Program-made: the position numbers and the translations under genes
Shown: positions 12,463-27,044 of the stretch, piece after piece
Layout of the letters: each line of letters opens with the position of its first letter
How positions within the stretch are numbered: position 1 is the first letter of the stretch
Assembly (NCBI RefSeq): GCF_004010195.1
Contig: NC_057720.1
Span: 66,938,844-67,002,843, forward strand
Reading direction: 5' to 3'
Origin: Chiloscyllium plagiosum
Taxonomy: Eukaryota
Length of the DNA: 64,000 nucleotides
The notes under the pieces: model-generated
The model's database searches: none
The model's input: only the letters and a program-made list of their open reading frames with translations
Told to the model about the DNA's origin: nothing

Positions 12463-14730
12463 CTGGGAAAAATGAGACACAAAGTATCAATATTAGCTCT
12501 TAAAAATATGATTACAAATAACTGGGCATTTGTAAAGTTAATTACTAAACAAAATGGCTTCTGCCTAGAATTGACAGTGATTCATCATGAATCTGTGAAT
12601 GTGAAGAAATTGTTTTTCAAGTTGGCTATGTTGGTTGATAAGCTTTGCATTCCTCAAATCAAGGGAATGTTAAAGACTGGAAATGTAACATTTCCAGAAC
12701 TCCTGATGTCACCCTATGGGTAACAAATCACAGATTGGTGCAGTCAATTATCTGTCCTAACATAGTCTCAAAATTCCTCAGATTCCAGTAGTGAAACCAA
12801 GATTTCATTCATCTCTATTGGACCCCCGCTGCCTCCTCAGATACTTGGCTTCCTCCTATACTGACTCTTATAGAGTCTGCAGTGACAGAGGTAACCAAAT
12901 TAGCATGGGACAAGTAGACAAGAGCATAACTTTGCACAGGCCTGTGGCACTCAACTGAGTAGAAGGCCATCTATCCCATTCTTTACCCATCACACACTAA
13001 CCCTCTTCCTACAACTGATCATAGTTCTATCAGTCCACTAAGCTGGAGAGAAATCCTGAAAATTTTGTTAGAACATACATGTAGGGACTTTGAGAGTCCA
13101 GACTGCCAGATCTGCATTGCATTAGTGGAGCTTATATCCACACTTGTTGATATCCTCTAGCAAAGTAACATGCTTGAGACAGGTAACTTCATCTGTTGCT
13201 CAAATGTTTGGGATACCTTCTGTCCTCAGGTTAATTTGAGCCAGATTGGACACCTTTCAGAGCTGGAAAAGGCAGCATTTCAACAATCTTGATTTTGAAA
13301 TATATCAAACAATGATTTGATCATGATAACCATTATCACACAGGATTATTTTGACGTGCCCTATTTCAACACTAAGCTTACACTGTGGTCATATCATTAT
13401 TGGGTGTGCTTGAAATTACACTGGAAATCAATTTAAGATTATTAGTTAGGCTCCAAGTAGGATTCAATTGTACATGTTTGAATGTACATATATTCACACA
13501 CAGGATCCTGTTCTTTGCAGGCCAAGACAATTTGTTCATACATTTCACCTTTTCACTGAGGAAAGAATTATGGTGACTGCCAGTTTCTGCTGCATTCTCC
13601 ATAACAATACTTTATCCAATCATAGTCTACCTGGTCTAATTTTAATAAACTAGCTAGGACTAGTAGTTAACAGTTCCTGCTGCATCTCCATGTTAACACT
13701 GCTCAATTAATCAGTATCCTCTTCTCATGCTGTGTAAATTGATGTTACCTTTCTAAGCTTGGCTTCTTGTGTCATAGGCAAGACAAAATCTTCAACTTCC
13801 TTTATCTTTTCAGCAATATTTGAGTATTTACTCTGGTATCCAAATGTTTGCTATTTTACTTATCCCTCCTAGTTCAATTTTATAATTAAGCCCTATTGTA
13901 AATGTATTGTATAGTGTGTTATTTAATAACACTAATCTAAGAGACCAGATGTCTGTCTTTTAGATCCTTCAACCTGAGACTCCATCAGCCTGTTTTGGAA
14001 TATAAAAGATTCCAAAGTAGTATAATCAAGGAGAGCAGGAGCGGTATCCCTGTTGTCATGGCTAATATTTATGTCTCATTCAACACCACAAAAAACAGAT
14101 TATCTGTTCATTAGGATACTGATATTGTGACAGTTTAGTGAGTGCATATTGCCTGCTTTGTTTCTTGCATTATAACAGTGACAGTTCAAAAGTACTTAGT
14201 TAGCTGTAAAATGCTTTATAACATCCAATGGTTCAAAGAAAAACTCCATCAACTCAAGTCTGTCTTTATTTTTCTTTCTATCTGCAGATTTTGACTGAGG
14301 TAGTCAAAATTAGCCACAGTTTTTTAAGCTAAAGAAAGAAATTCCCATTCCTGAATTTAGTCTGGGTAGTCCTGATGGGAACAGCACATCCAAATGTCAA
14401 GGGATCAGCACTCACTATTGTACATGTTACTAAATTAAAGACACAATGTTAAAAGCACATCTTCTTGTTTGACATAGACCACATATTATGAATGATCAAT
14501 TGAGTATCAAAGAATAGTTAACATTATTGAACAAAAATGTAATAATATTTCTATAGTCAAAGATTATGACTTCCAATGGGGAATAATTTCGAACTTAATC
14601 AGGCTGGTTGATGAAACTGGTAAACACAAGGAAAATCTGAAAAGGCTGTCATTAAAAAAGTAGATGGTTTTTTTTTCAGAACAATGTCAACTTATACTAT
14701 CTTTTATTGAAACTTGGTTACATATCTTAC

Positions 14731-15072
14731 CTGAAAAGTAAAATGCTTTGAAGCCCTTTGCACCAATATTGAAATCTGATTTAAAGACAACCAGGAGTTC
14801 ACTGCTGCTGGAAATAATGTCCGGAGGCTTTGATCCACCACAATAGTGACCCCAGTGTCTGTCTTTCATGCTGGATCCATCAAATAAGGCAACGTAGTCA
14901 AAGCTACAGTCCTCATTGTTTTCCAGGTGAAAGTCATAGAAGATCAGATTGACCACTGATTGATTGGAGACTCGAATAATCCAGTGACATTCTGCATTAT
15001 TGGGGTAATTATCTGGGTACTCAGGGCTAGACAGCACTCCAGACAGACCTGTTAGCACTCCCCCACATATAT
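14731..15072 (-). CDS. CDCP2: CDCP2 coding exon 3 (CUB domain 2)
   Basis: ttcag acceptor and gtaag donor; 342 bp: ICGGVLT..SSPEYPDNYPNNAECHW..CSFDYVALFDG..YCG..FKSDFNIGAKGFKAFY. Confidence 0.95.
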
Positions 15073-17066
15073 CTGAAAAAAAGCTTGATTTGAAACTTCA
15101 GTTTAAATTGAAAGGTTTGATGCCCTTGCTTTTCAAATTATTTAATAAATATATGTTTCCCTTATGTAAGTCATTTCCCACACATTTCGTCAAAATCTTA
15201 ATGCTGCTCCAATGCTCCCATTTTGCCATTTTCTGAGAGGTATACAACATCAAATTGATTTTCACTTCTACTCGCTATTGGGCGAAGGACTGACCAAAAA
15301 CAGGAGGAAGCATGCATGAAATTGTACCAACCTACAACTTGTGGATATATTCTAGCAAAGTAGCATGTTTGAGACAGCTAACTTCATCTGTTATTCAGAA
15401 TTTCATTCATTTTTATTGGACCCTCGCTACCCCATCAGATCCTTGGCTTCCTCCTATATTGACTCTCACTTACAACACCCAGTTAATGTATTGCTTTTTC
15501 GAAGAGTCCAATATTACTGATTCTAGTGTCAATCACACTGTAGTGTTTAAAGACTTTGACTGAAAAACACAAGATCTGTGTCTGTGTGGGAAGGTTATCA
15601 AGCAATAACAACTTGCATTTATGTATCAACAGTAATATTGTGAAATATCCGAAGGCCTTGAATATTAGTGATTATCCAACAGAATATGTCACTGAGCTGT
15701 GCAAGGAAATATCATGATAGTTGACCAAATGTTTGGTGAAAGAGGTGGGTTTTAAGTAACATTTCAGAGGAGAGGGACAAGCTACTTCTTGTTGAGACAA
15801 TTGAATGTGCAAGCACCAAAGAGTAGTAATTAAAATTGGGGATACTCAAGAGACTGTAATTGGAGAAGTTCAGAAATCTAAGCGGTTTTTGGGCTGGAGG
15901 ATATAATAGAAGTAAGAAGGAAGTGGCACGATTTGAAAACAAGAATTAAAATTTTTAAATTGAAGCATTGCTGAACTGGAAGCCAATATAGATCAATTAG
16001 CACATGAATATAGAGGATTTAGTGAGAGTTGAGATAAAGGCAGCAAAAATTTTGGATGAGCTAAAAATTACAGAGGATGCAAGATGGGAGACTGGCTAGG
16101 AGATCATTGGCATAATTGAGCTCGAAGGTAACACAGGCATGGATAAGAGTTTTAGAAACTGATAAACTAAGGCAGGATAGATAATACAATAAGTAATTAT
16201 TTGAACAAAACTATTACTCGTTCCAATTTGTTATTATTTTGTTTTTTACCTTAGGCTTTCTTTCAGGCAGTCTTTTCAACATTGGGATGTGTTAGAATTC
16301 TATTTTTTATGTGAGTAATTAATTTGAAATTATTCATTTTTAACTAAGACTCTAAATACATCAGCCTCAAAATATTCAAAGACTTGGTTTCCACTACCTT
16401 TACATGAAGAGAGTTCCAAAGACTCATGACCATCTATGAGAAATATATGTTGCCTAATTTCTGTTCTAATAGGGCAATCTCTTACTTTTAAGCAGTGTTA
16501 AGAAGAAACATCTCCTCCATATTTTTTCTGTCACCTCTTACTCTTCTTATCTCCAGCTGATGCAAGTCTAGTCTTCCTCACCTTTGTTCATAAGACAACT
16601 GATGGTATGCTCTGCAAGATTTATTTCTGCATCCTTCAGCTCAAAACAATTTCTGCTCACATTGACATTGCAAGTATAAGCTGACAAGTAGACCTTGATG
16701 AATGACAGGATTAACATCTCATTCATTAACCAAAGAGATTTAGGGATAAAGAAATAAACAGAAAAGGAATTGAGATAGAGAAGGAATTAAACAGGGTGAA
16801 TTCAATGCCAAATCAAGTTGAGAAAGAGAAATAAAGGACAGGATTTTTCAGATGGCAAAGTTTCCCACTCACCACCATGAGGAACATTCATTGGCTGGAG
16901 ATGGGCCTTTTGCTTGAGTATGGGCATCTGTCCCTCACTCAGGCTGAAGACCCACTTCAGAGTACTGTCAACCATCAGATTTATTCCATAACTCCAGAAG
17001 TGCCAGTGACAGCAGTGGCCAGGGCTGGGACTATGAGTTGTTCCTGGATTCTAAATCCAGGACTGA

Positions 17067-17210
17067 AAAATGTATTGCTGGAAAAGCGCAGCAGGTCAGG
17101 CAGCATCAAAGGAGCAGGAGAATCAATGTTTCGGGCAAAAGCCCTTCTTCGGGCATAAGCCATTTTTCAGCTCTGATCTCCAGCATCTGCAGTCCTCACT
17201 TTCTGCTTCT
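17067..17210. mobile_element. Short Penelope-terminus-derived element with internal inversion
   Basis: Matches the terminus at 62530-62660 as two oppositely oriented pieces. Same structure as 41070-41220. Confidence 0.65.
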
Positions 17211-18026
17211 AAATCCAGGATCCAAGACCCAGTATTTGAGGAGGTCTTACAATGGGGGAGTGAGTTAGCGTGAATTGCCAGCGTGATCCTGTAAAATTCT
17301 GTCCAAAACTAAAAGTATGCTTGAAAGGAGAAACAAGAGAGACAAAGAAAACACAAGAAAAAAAACATAAAATTTAACATTTTAAAATCATCTGTAGTAA
17401 TTCAGAACCTGAGAGATTAAAACTGACTACTTTTGACTGTTCACTTTTTGGCAAAAGAGACTGATTGTTAAGTCATTCTTAATTATCAAGTTCTTAAAAG
17501 ATTAATTACATTATTAATTATATGCCAACTTTGTAGATACAGTAATTTTAAATCAACCTGTTCAGACATATTATGACACCGCTCTGGAGCAGTGGGACTT
17601 CAACCTGAGCCCTGTAGCTCAGATGTAGGAACATCTTTACTGTGCTACAAGATTCTCAGACTTAACTTAGTATATCAAGATTAATGGGCGAGTATAATGC
17701 AAGTCCATCATTTTAATGAAATTCAAGTGGAGATTAAAAATGAGAAGGCGTTTTTAGGAAGGCAACAGAAGGGTAGAACAAATTGACAAGTAACCTATGA
17801 TGATTTGTCATTCCACATTCCTCTTCCTCATCCAACGTATACATGAATAATAGTGTGTATAAGTCAAATGCTATTAATTTAACAGGAAATTCTAAGCCAT
17901 TATTGCTCCAATGTTTTCTGTTAAAGCACCACCCAGCAAAATCAGAATTCAATTACATCACATTGTATCAAAGTCAATAATTGTTCATCAATTAAGCATT
18001 CGATTAAATTTTAAAAGTAAACTTTA

Positions 18027-18494
<468 letters not shown>

Positions 18495-19080
18495 TTAATA
18501 GTTCAAGACACAATGTAGCAGTTGGTGTGATAATGAGCCATTTAGGAAGGCTGCGGATTTCATCCCTTTTAAAGAAACAGGAATAGGCTGTTCAGCCTAT
18601 CAGCCACTTAAGCCATGGCTGATTGGACACGTAGCCACACTATCCCCATAACCATTTATGCCACGGGTAATCAGAAATCTATCAAAAATACATACTCAGT
18701 TAAATATTAAACATCCAACATACTCATTCTAAGCATCCACAGCCAGGGTACAGAACTTCAAAGATTCACACTTTTCTGCATAAGACAAATTCTCATCTCA
18801 AATTTAAATGGCATTCCCCCTCACTTTTAAATTGTGCCCCTTGGTTCCAATCTCCCTGACCAAGGGAACCATCTTTCCTGCATCTAAAATAAAACAAAGA
18901 ACTATGGATGATGGAGTTTTGAAACAAAAACAGAAATTGCTTGTGAAACTCAGATGGTCTGAATGGATTCATGGGGAGAAAATTGAGTTAACGTTTCAAG
19001 CAAGTCTAGTGATTTATCATCAATACTAAATTTTGCCAGCAATTTATTTTTGTTTCCTACATCTATTAGAGAATCTAATA

Positions 19081-19370
19081 GGGCAGCACTGCTGCCTCAC
19101 AGCACCAGGGACCCAGGTTCGATTCCAGCTTTGGGCAACTGTCTGTGTGGAGTTTTGACATTCTCCCTGTGTCTGCGTGGGTTTCCTCTGGGTGCTCCGG
19201 TTTCCTCCCACAATCCAAAAATGTGCAGGTTAGGTGAATTGGCCATGCTATATTTTCCATAGTGTGAGGTGCATTAGTCAGGGGTAAATATGAGGAAAGG
19301 GTCTGAGTGGGTCACTCTTCAGAGGGTCTGTTTCCATACTGTAGGGAATCTAATCTCTAATCTAATCTAT
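19081..19370 (+). mobile_element. tRNA-derived SINE (HE1-like)
   Basis: B-box GGTTCGATTCC, conserved core and (AATCT)n tail. Confidence 0.85.
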
Positions 19371-20083
19371 CTCTTTATATAAATTGTAGATTTCCAAGAG
19401 ATCACCACTCGTTCATCAAAATATTAGATAATACAGGTCCAGTTTACCCAATCTCTCTTCAGAGCACATTTCCGCAATCCCTGAAACAAGCCTGTTGAAT
19501 TTCACTTCGCTCCCTATATGATAATAATATCTTGCCTGAGGTAAGGAGATACAAACTGCACACAGCAGTCCCGGTGTAGTCGAACCAAGCTTCTATACAA
19601 TTGAAGCAAGAATTCACTACTTCTGTACTCCTATTGCAATAATACTATTAGCCTATGTTGAGTTACCTGATCTCAGCTATGAGACTGTTATCTTCCAATT
19701 GGACATAAGAAAGAACTTTATTTTTAAATTGCCATTCAAGGCCAACCAAGTACATTGTTTCAGAAAGGACAAAGACATAAAACTCAACAATAGATTGAAA
19801 ATCACCAGATTTTCATTTTCATCAAAATTACATGTTTTAAAATTACTGTTTTGACAAAGCAGTGAACATCATAACCTGGATAGTCAGTATGTATTGTCTG
19901 AAATTTGTACTTTTGTCTCCATTAGCCCTCAGTTCACTGGAAATCAACTTCAATCACACTTTTTTCTTATCAAGTTTGAAAATAATCTCTTAACATCAAG
20001 GCAGGAAAGATAGCATTTTATCTTTTGAAACCCGAGGAATCTATATATAACAATTTCAAACACACAGGCAACGTATGTTTTAC

Positions 20084-20159
20084 CTGGTCTGGCTGTGACT
20101 CTACAGATAATCCACAATAGCAAGACACCCGTGGCAAATTGCACTACACAATTGTGCAT
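20084..20159 (-). CDS. CDCP2: CDCP2 first coding exon (signal peptide)
   Basis: MHNCVVQFATGVLLLWIICRVTARP+G, 76 bp, with a CAG|gtaaaa donor whose phase 1 matches exon 2. Total CDS is 1620 bp. Confidence 0.8.
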
Positions 20160-20949
20160 CGCTGAACATATAAAGACAACTAAAAACCCAAACTAGAAAG
20201 GCAAAATTATATAATTCTTTACAGCAACATATGAAGTAATACACAATGGTTGTAGAATTAATAGTGGCATTAATAATTCACTTGTAGTCTGCATTAGTAA
20301 CTTGATCCATCTCTGGTTCCTTTCATTAAATATTAATAAACTAGGCCCACTGTCCTCAGCCTCCACACTGCACTATACAACTTGTTGTACAATCTTTGGA
20401 ACAATGTCATAAATATTTAATTTACTCAAGTCATAAATTTTCTCTTGTAAGTTTAAGGATAATCCTAGCTTCATTAAATACTTTATGGAAATAGTTATAA
20501 TTAACATTCAAAATTGATTAATTTAACAGGTGCTGGACCAGTTCAAAATTGGCAAGTACAAAAGTCCCAAAATGACTTATAGGTTTAATGACTGTAATTA
20601 GAAATGCATTGACATCAGGTCAACGAGACCCCACTCTATCTCCGACTTCTCTTCGTCATAACTTCTCTTTTAAATCAAATATTCACTTGTGCATTTTGAA
20701 TAACGATTTTTGAAAATCTTTGCAATATTCAATTGAATTTTCTTCTATTGTGGCAATAACTTCACCTTATCAGTCTGGGTAACCCCAAAAAGTATGCATG
20801 TGTTAGTATTCAGGAAACTATATTATCAGACACAGCAATGAGGATCTTCATAGTTGAACACTTGCCAACACTCGATATCTAAGCTCAAACATGAAGAATA
20901 GCTACTTAGACATGGTCCCAGTCAACAGCTGGTGCCCATGGTGCATTAT

Positions 20950-21360
20950 CCCCTCAGGCCTATTCAGCCATTCACTAACACCATGGCCAATCTGATTACT
21001 TTCGAATCCTGATAAGTCTCCACCTTCTTGCTTATCAAAAATCTATCTACCTCTATTTGAAATATATTCAACGACTCTGCTTCCATTGCCTTTTAACAAA
21101 GGGAGTTGCAAAGACTGAACACCCTCTGTGAAGAAAGGTTTTCTCCATTTCTGTCTTAATTGGATGATCCTTTTTTTTGTAAAACAGTGACAGTTACTAG
21201 TTCTAGATTCTCCGACAAGTGGAAAACTCCATTCAACATCTACCCTGTCAAGATGCCTGAGGATCTTATCTGTTTCAATCAACTTGTGTTTTACTCTTTT
21301 AAATTTTAGCGGATGCAAGTCAAGCCTGCCCAATTTTCCTCATAATACCACTTGTCCCTT
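20950..21360 (-). mobile_element. Decayed CR1 LINE 3' fragment
   Basis: Encodes RLDL..LIETDKIL..FPLVGESRT, CR1 ORF2 C-terminal motifs. Confidence 0.6.
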
Positions 21361-21884
21361 CCAGCTGTTGTATGAGGAAAGGATGAAGTCTTCTTTATCC
21401 TCTAATCATTAATGATAAAATGACTCCTTATTAACCTAGTTTTAATCACTCTATATTCTCTATTCCATATAAGTGGAATAAAATGGTACACTGCAATTTC
21501 CCCAATATAGATAAATAACAAATATATTGATAAAATGAATGTGCATATTTTAAATGTTATTACAATCTGTCTCATTTTTTTAACTGTTCATGTTTTGACC
21601 AGACTTTATGTCAGATAGTGGAAAGTCGGGGTTGTTTTGCTGCTCCTCAAATCAATTATACATTGTTGCACTAAAATATAAGAGTATGATACATCTGGCC
21701 AATGATTTTGTTAATCTGATGATACACTGAGTTCAAGCAAGCAGTGTGAGACTTTGGATATTAATGGAAGTGTAGGTGGATGGGTTGGTGAAGAGGAAAG
21801 CAGACCGTCAAAGACAGTCATACCACCTTATCAAGCCAATCTGGACCAAGATAGCCGTCTTTGACAAAGTTGTGCCCAGAGTAA

Positions 21885-22190
21885 CATGATGGCTCAGTAT
21901 TTAACACTGCTCCCTCACAGCTCCAGGGACCTGTGTTTGATTCCAGCCTCAGATGACTTTATGAATGGAGTTAGCACATTCTCCTTCTGTCTGTGGGGTT
22001 TTCTCTGGGTGCTTTCTTTTCCTCCCAGTCCAAAACGTGCAGGCTATGTCGATTGGCCATGCTAAATTGCCCATAGTATCCAGGGATGTGTAAGTTGGTT
22101 GATTAGCCATGGGAAATGCAGCGTTATGGGGGTGGGTCTGAGTGAGATGCTCTTTGTAGGGTTGGTATGGTCTGCTTCTATACTATAGTG
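21885..22190 (+). mobile_element. tRNA-derived SINE (older, diverged copy)
   Basis: Degenerate A/B boxes; core ATTGGCCATGCTAAATTGCCC. Confidence 0.75.
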
Positions 22191-22429
22191 ATTTGATGAA
22201 GGTGAAAGATCTTTTCCAATCTGCATTTACTTTCCATTTACTCTATGCTATCTCACACACACAGGCCACCAGTCACTCTAACTCAGCCACTACGCATGCC
22301 TCTTACCAAGATTCATGACTACAACTCTCACTATTGCATACATCATAATCATACAATACTCTCACCCATCCCATCCTCCCAAACTACTAAACCTTCCTCA
22401 CCTCTGTATTTCACTCACTCAGGACATTA

Positions 22430-22727
22430 GGGCTCAGTGGTTAGCACTGCTGCCTCACAACACTAGGGTCCCAGGTTCGATTCTGGCCTCTATCTGTGTG
22501 GAGTTTGCACATTCTCCCCGTGTCTGCGTGGGTTTCCCCTGGGTGCTCCGGTCTCCTCCCACAGTCCAAAAATGTGCAGGTCGGGTGAATTGGCCATGCT
22601 AAATTGCCCATAGTGTTAGGTGCATTAGTCAGAGGGAAATGGGTCTGGGTGGGTTACTCTTCGGAGGGTCGGTATGGACTTGTTGGGCCAAAGGGCCTGT
22701 TTCAACACTGTAAGGAATCTAATCTAA
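22430..22727 (+). mobile_element. tRNA-derived SINE (HE1-like)
   Basis: GGCTCAGTGGTTAGC A-box, GGTTCGATTC B-box and AATCTAATCT tail. Confidence 0.85.
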
Positions 22728-23936
22728 TTTCACCACCTGTACTGCTCGTACTACCATTAAGGACTCCTTCAATTACTTCCATCATATTCACCCTTCCTTT
22801 CTCTCACTGCAGGAAGTACACACTGGGTCTAGAGGGTCAAAACTAGCTGGTGGTGGTGGGGGACCCAAGGTGGTGACAGACACAAGGCTCCTCAGATCAT
22901 CTGAGGAGAACATTTTCAAGCTGTCTGGAGAAGAATGCAACCATTCCCATCATAAAACTGTAAGTGGGTGGATTGGAGGAAAGTTGGGGGTCAGGATTTA
23001 GATTTTTAACACTTCAGCCTTACATTTGACCCAAACATATCTGTTTTGGGGGGTTAAAATTCTCTCCAGTATTCAGAGAATATAGAAGAGGCAGATTTAC
23101 CATGTTATCATTTGGAACGTGTTTTAATTTTGAAAGTCGGGTGAAATGACTGAGTTGGGAAATAGCATGAGGGAGAGAGCAGATAGAAAGGCATTATCAA
23201 AAATGTTGAGAGGCTGAAGGTAACCAAACTTTGACAAATTCAAACAAAAGTGTAAAGAAAATGTTAACTCTGTTTTCTCTTCACAGATGCCACCAAACAA
23301 GCTGAGTTTCTCCAGCAATTTCTGTTTTTGTGTATTTCAGATGTCCAGCATCTGAATTATTTAATTCAAGAAAAAGAAAAGCCAGAATGGCAATAATAGG
23401 GCTATGATTGTGTGAGAATGGGTTAGTTGCATTGAAAGCATACAATAGAACCTGGGGGTTGGGGGTGAGTAATGTAAGAAGGTATTCGTGTTCTAAAATA
23501 ATTAAACTCAGCACAGCCAACCCACTTTCCCCAACTCATTTTCACTCACTCATCCCCATTATAACTTATCTTCTTTTCTTCCTTACTATCTCAATCACTT
23601 GCTTTGTCTGACCATTTTTTGTCTCAATCTCGGGGATTCCTCTCTACCTATCCACTCATTCATTTTTCCCCCACTCCCTGTCATCAGCATACATACCACC
23701 TTTTCCTACCTGCTATCACTTCAGAAGAAGGGTCATTGGATTTGAAACATCAACTCTGTTTTCTCTCCACACATGCTGCCAGACCTGCTGAGTTTCTCCA
23801 ACAATTTGTTTTTTTGTGTTACTTTTTAAGTTACTTGAGGAGTGCACAAAGATGTGTTATCCACATTGTTTTCAGGATAGCAGTTGACATGGTATAGTCT
23901 AACATAATTGGTAAAGGGCAGGTTTATATGGTATAT

Positions 23937-24252
23937 ATTAGATTAGATTATCTACAGTGTGGAAACAGGCCCTTCGGCCCAACAAGTCCACACTGACCCT
24001 CCGAAGAGAAAACCACCCCCCCTATATTTATCCCTGACTAATCCACCTAATGCTACGGGCAATTTAGCATGGTCAATTCACCTAATCTGCACATCTTTGG
24101 ACTGTGGGAGGAAACCGAAGCACCCGGAGGAAACCCATGCAGACACAGGGAGAATGTGCAAACTCCACACAGACAGTTGCCAGAGGCGGGAAATGAACCC
24201 GGGTCCTTGGCGCTGTGAGGCAGCAGTGCTAACCACTGAGCCACCGTGCTGC
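23937..24252 (-). mobile_element. tRNA-derived SINE (HE1-like), full length
   Basis: Reverse complement of the same SINE, with a (TTAGA)n tail at the left end. Confidence 0.85.
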
Positions 24253-25419
24253 CCCTGCTAAACATTGCCGAAGGTAACAGCACAGGGCCCACTCTAACTC
24301 GTATTCTGAATGATTTGAAGAATAGAACACCGTCAAAGTTTGTATCTGCCCTAATTTAGTGCCTGTTCTATAAGAACAACCATGTGTGAAGATTCAAAGA
24401 AATCAATCTAGTGAGTAGATGGCAAGATGGCAGACAAAACTTCAACATGAATCGGTGTATACTAAAGATATTAAGGATGTCACACTTTAGAGTTACTGAC
24501 AATTGGTCTATGGATAAATTTTAGTGTAATTTATATTAAAAAGACAACATAAAATTAAAGTTCGCTTACGAGGATTAATTCATAATACAGTTTCTGAGAT
24601 AATAGTTCAAATCATTAGGTCCAGCTGAAGCATCTTCTATGATGGTATTTCTCACATTCCCATTAAGTTGAGATATCAGGATTTATTAACACATCCCAGA
24701 AACGAAATTTAGTAATTACATTTGCCAGATTGGGCCTATGTTAACATGTGGCACTTGCTGACGTCTAGCAGATGTCACAACCACCTACCATAATGATTAG
24801 TTAAGATATTGGCCAATGGGAAGCTACATATCCTACTTGACAACAACTCCCCTGCCAACACACAAAGGCTACTTATATACCACCATGAGGGATGAAAGTC
24901 AAGCAGCCTTTAGCTTTAGAGAATAGCTAAATTACCAGGAATCTCAAGGTAACAAACAAAATATCTAACATTTTCAGGGTCATTAATTAAACAGCTAATT
25001 TCAAAGAATGGCTGCCTGTTTAATTTTCACTAACAGTGCCTGTAATGCAGCAAATAACTGTAAGGAGAGTCCTTGCCAGAAATTCAGAATCACAGAGAAC
25101 TACGACTGCCATCATTATCAAACTTCTAGTTTGTTCACTAAGGATAAAAACTCTTCTGAGGTTAACAATACTACAGCTGTTCACTGTCATAATATTACAG
25201 TATTATGGAGTACTGAAGCAAACCCATTAGCCTGGGCTGGTACTTTGGTAGTTCTACTCTCCTACCCTTTTCCCTACAGCAGTGCAAGTGTTTCACTTTC
25301 TTCAAACATTTATTCAACTCCTTTCTGAATGTTATTGCAGAATCTGCTTCCACCATATTGGCAGGCAATACATTCTAGATCACAGAAACTTGCTACAATA
25401 AGGAACCTTTCCTCATGTC

Positions 25420-25775
25420 AGTGAGTCACACAGCACAGAAACATATACTTTGGTCCAACTCATCCATGCTGAACATGGTTTCCCAAATTAAACTAAACCC
25501 GGCCCATATCCCTCTAAAACGCTCCTATTCATGTACCTGTCCAAATGTCTTTTAAATGTTGTAATTGTACTTGCATTTACTTGTACAAATGTTGTAATTG
25601 TACTTCCTCTGGCAGTTCATTCCACATATGAACCACCCACTGTATGAAAAGGTTGCCCCTCAGGTCCCTTTTTAAATGTTCCCCTTTCACCTTAAAATTA
25701 TGCCCTCTAATTTTGAAGCCCTAACCTAGGGAAAGACCTTTGGTCTTCACCTTCTTGATAAACCTCTAATCAGGT
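25420..25775 (-). mobile_element. CR1 LINE 3' fragment
   Basis: Similar to 5640-6000. Confidence 0.7.
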
Positions 25776-27044
25776 CAACCCAGATTCTTTTGCAAATTAC
25801 AGGTGTCATTTGATTACTAACCTCTTTGCCAGTGATGAATTTCATTTTATTTACATTGTCAAAATTGTTAAATTTTTGAATACCTCTGTTGACCACCTCC
25901 TTAACCTTCTCCCCTCTGAGATTTGAACTTACATTTGTTCACAATCACTGATCTAGTAAAGAAACTGTACAAGGAAAAGATCTTTTTTAGCATGTATTTC
26001 CTTCTTGTCCTCTTGTTTACACTGCATGTACATTTTAGCACTACCTTCAGATATAGTAGCATGATAGAAAATGGGATGCTGGTCAATCTTCTCCAGGCAG
26101 AGAACATGACCTTGAAAGATGAGTCTATTCCTTGCATTCAGTACAGATAGTAACAAATATAAATGCAACCAAGGCTGCCATTTAATTTTGGTTTCAGCTC
26201 TCTGGCTTTCACAATGCTTATCCTTATCATTGGAGAAGGTTCAGGGCTGTAATGGTGGCATTTGTAACTTTTGAACAATTATAGAGACGCGGTTTCAGTA
26301 CTCCAATCTGTACGCTGCATCCATCCGATAGTGTGTATAGGAAGATTTTGGAATATAGGGAACTATAATAGCTTGGAGAAAAATTAGAGTCCATTGTACT
26401 TTAATAGCACAGAAACATATTCACTACATATTCCTAATTGAGGTGATATCATTGCTGCTTTTAGGATTCTGAAGAGACTGGGTAAATTAGACCATGATGA
26501 ATTGTTTCATTGTGTCCAAAATAGTAGAAATACAGGACACAAACTGTATTGAAAGAGATGGGGAAGTAATTTCAAAATGAATCAATAGGAAGGCTTTTTA
26601 GTATGTGAGTGATATATTTATGGAAAAGGGCCCCTAAGGACGCAGTGGAAACAGATACTGCTGATTAATTCAATGCAATTTAGATGGATCTATGTTTTGA
26701 GTAATATTTTGGGATATATTATATGACTAACTTGAGATGTGACATATGGTAGACAGTATACTTTAGAAGGAACAGGTGATATTGAGTTCCCAATGCTTTC
26801 TACCAGTAGAGGTTTTCCTCAACTCCTGTCTGGGTCCATTGTAGACTAATTAATAGAGCTTGATTGCTATAATTAGTCAAAATTTCCTTCATTATTGTAT
26901 TTTGCTACTATTAGGATTGTGGAAGATGAACTAGGTGAATTATAATGCATTTTCATTTTTCAATTTCTATGTGGGACTGGAGTTATGCACAAGGCAGACT
27001 GATAGAAATAACTTACATTAGATTGAATTACATTAGATTAGATT

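Noticed and set aside
19050-24292. Recurrent small ORFs (e.g. LDCGRKPEHPEETHADTGRM) and tRNA-like A/B boxes
   Set aside because: These are translations and heads of SINE copies. No complete tRNA cloverleaf was seen.
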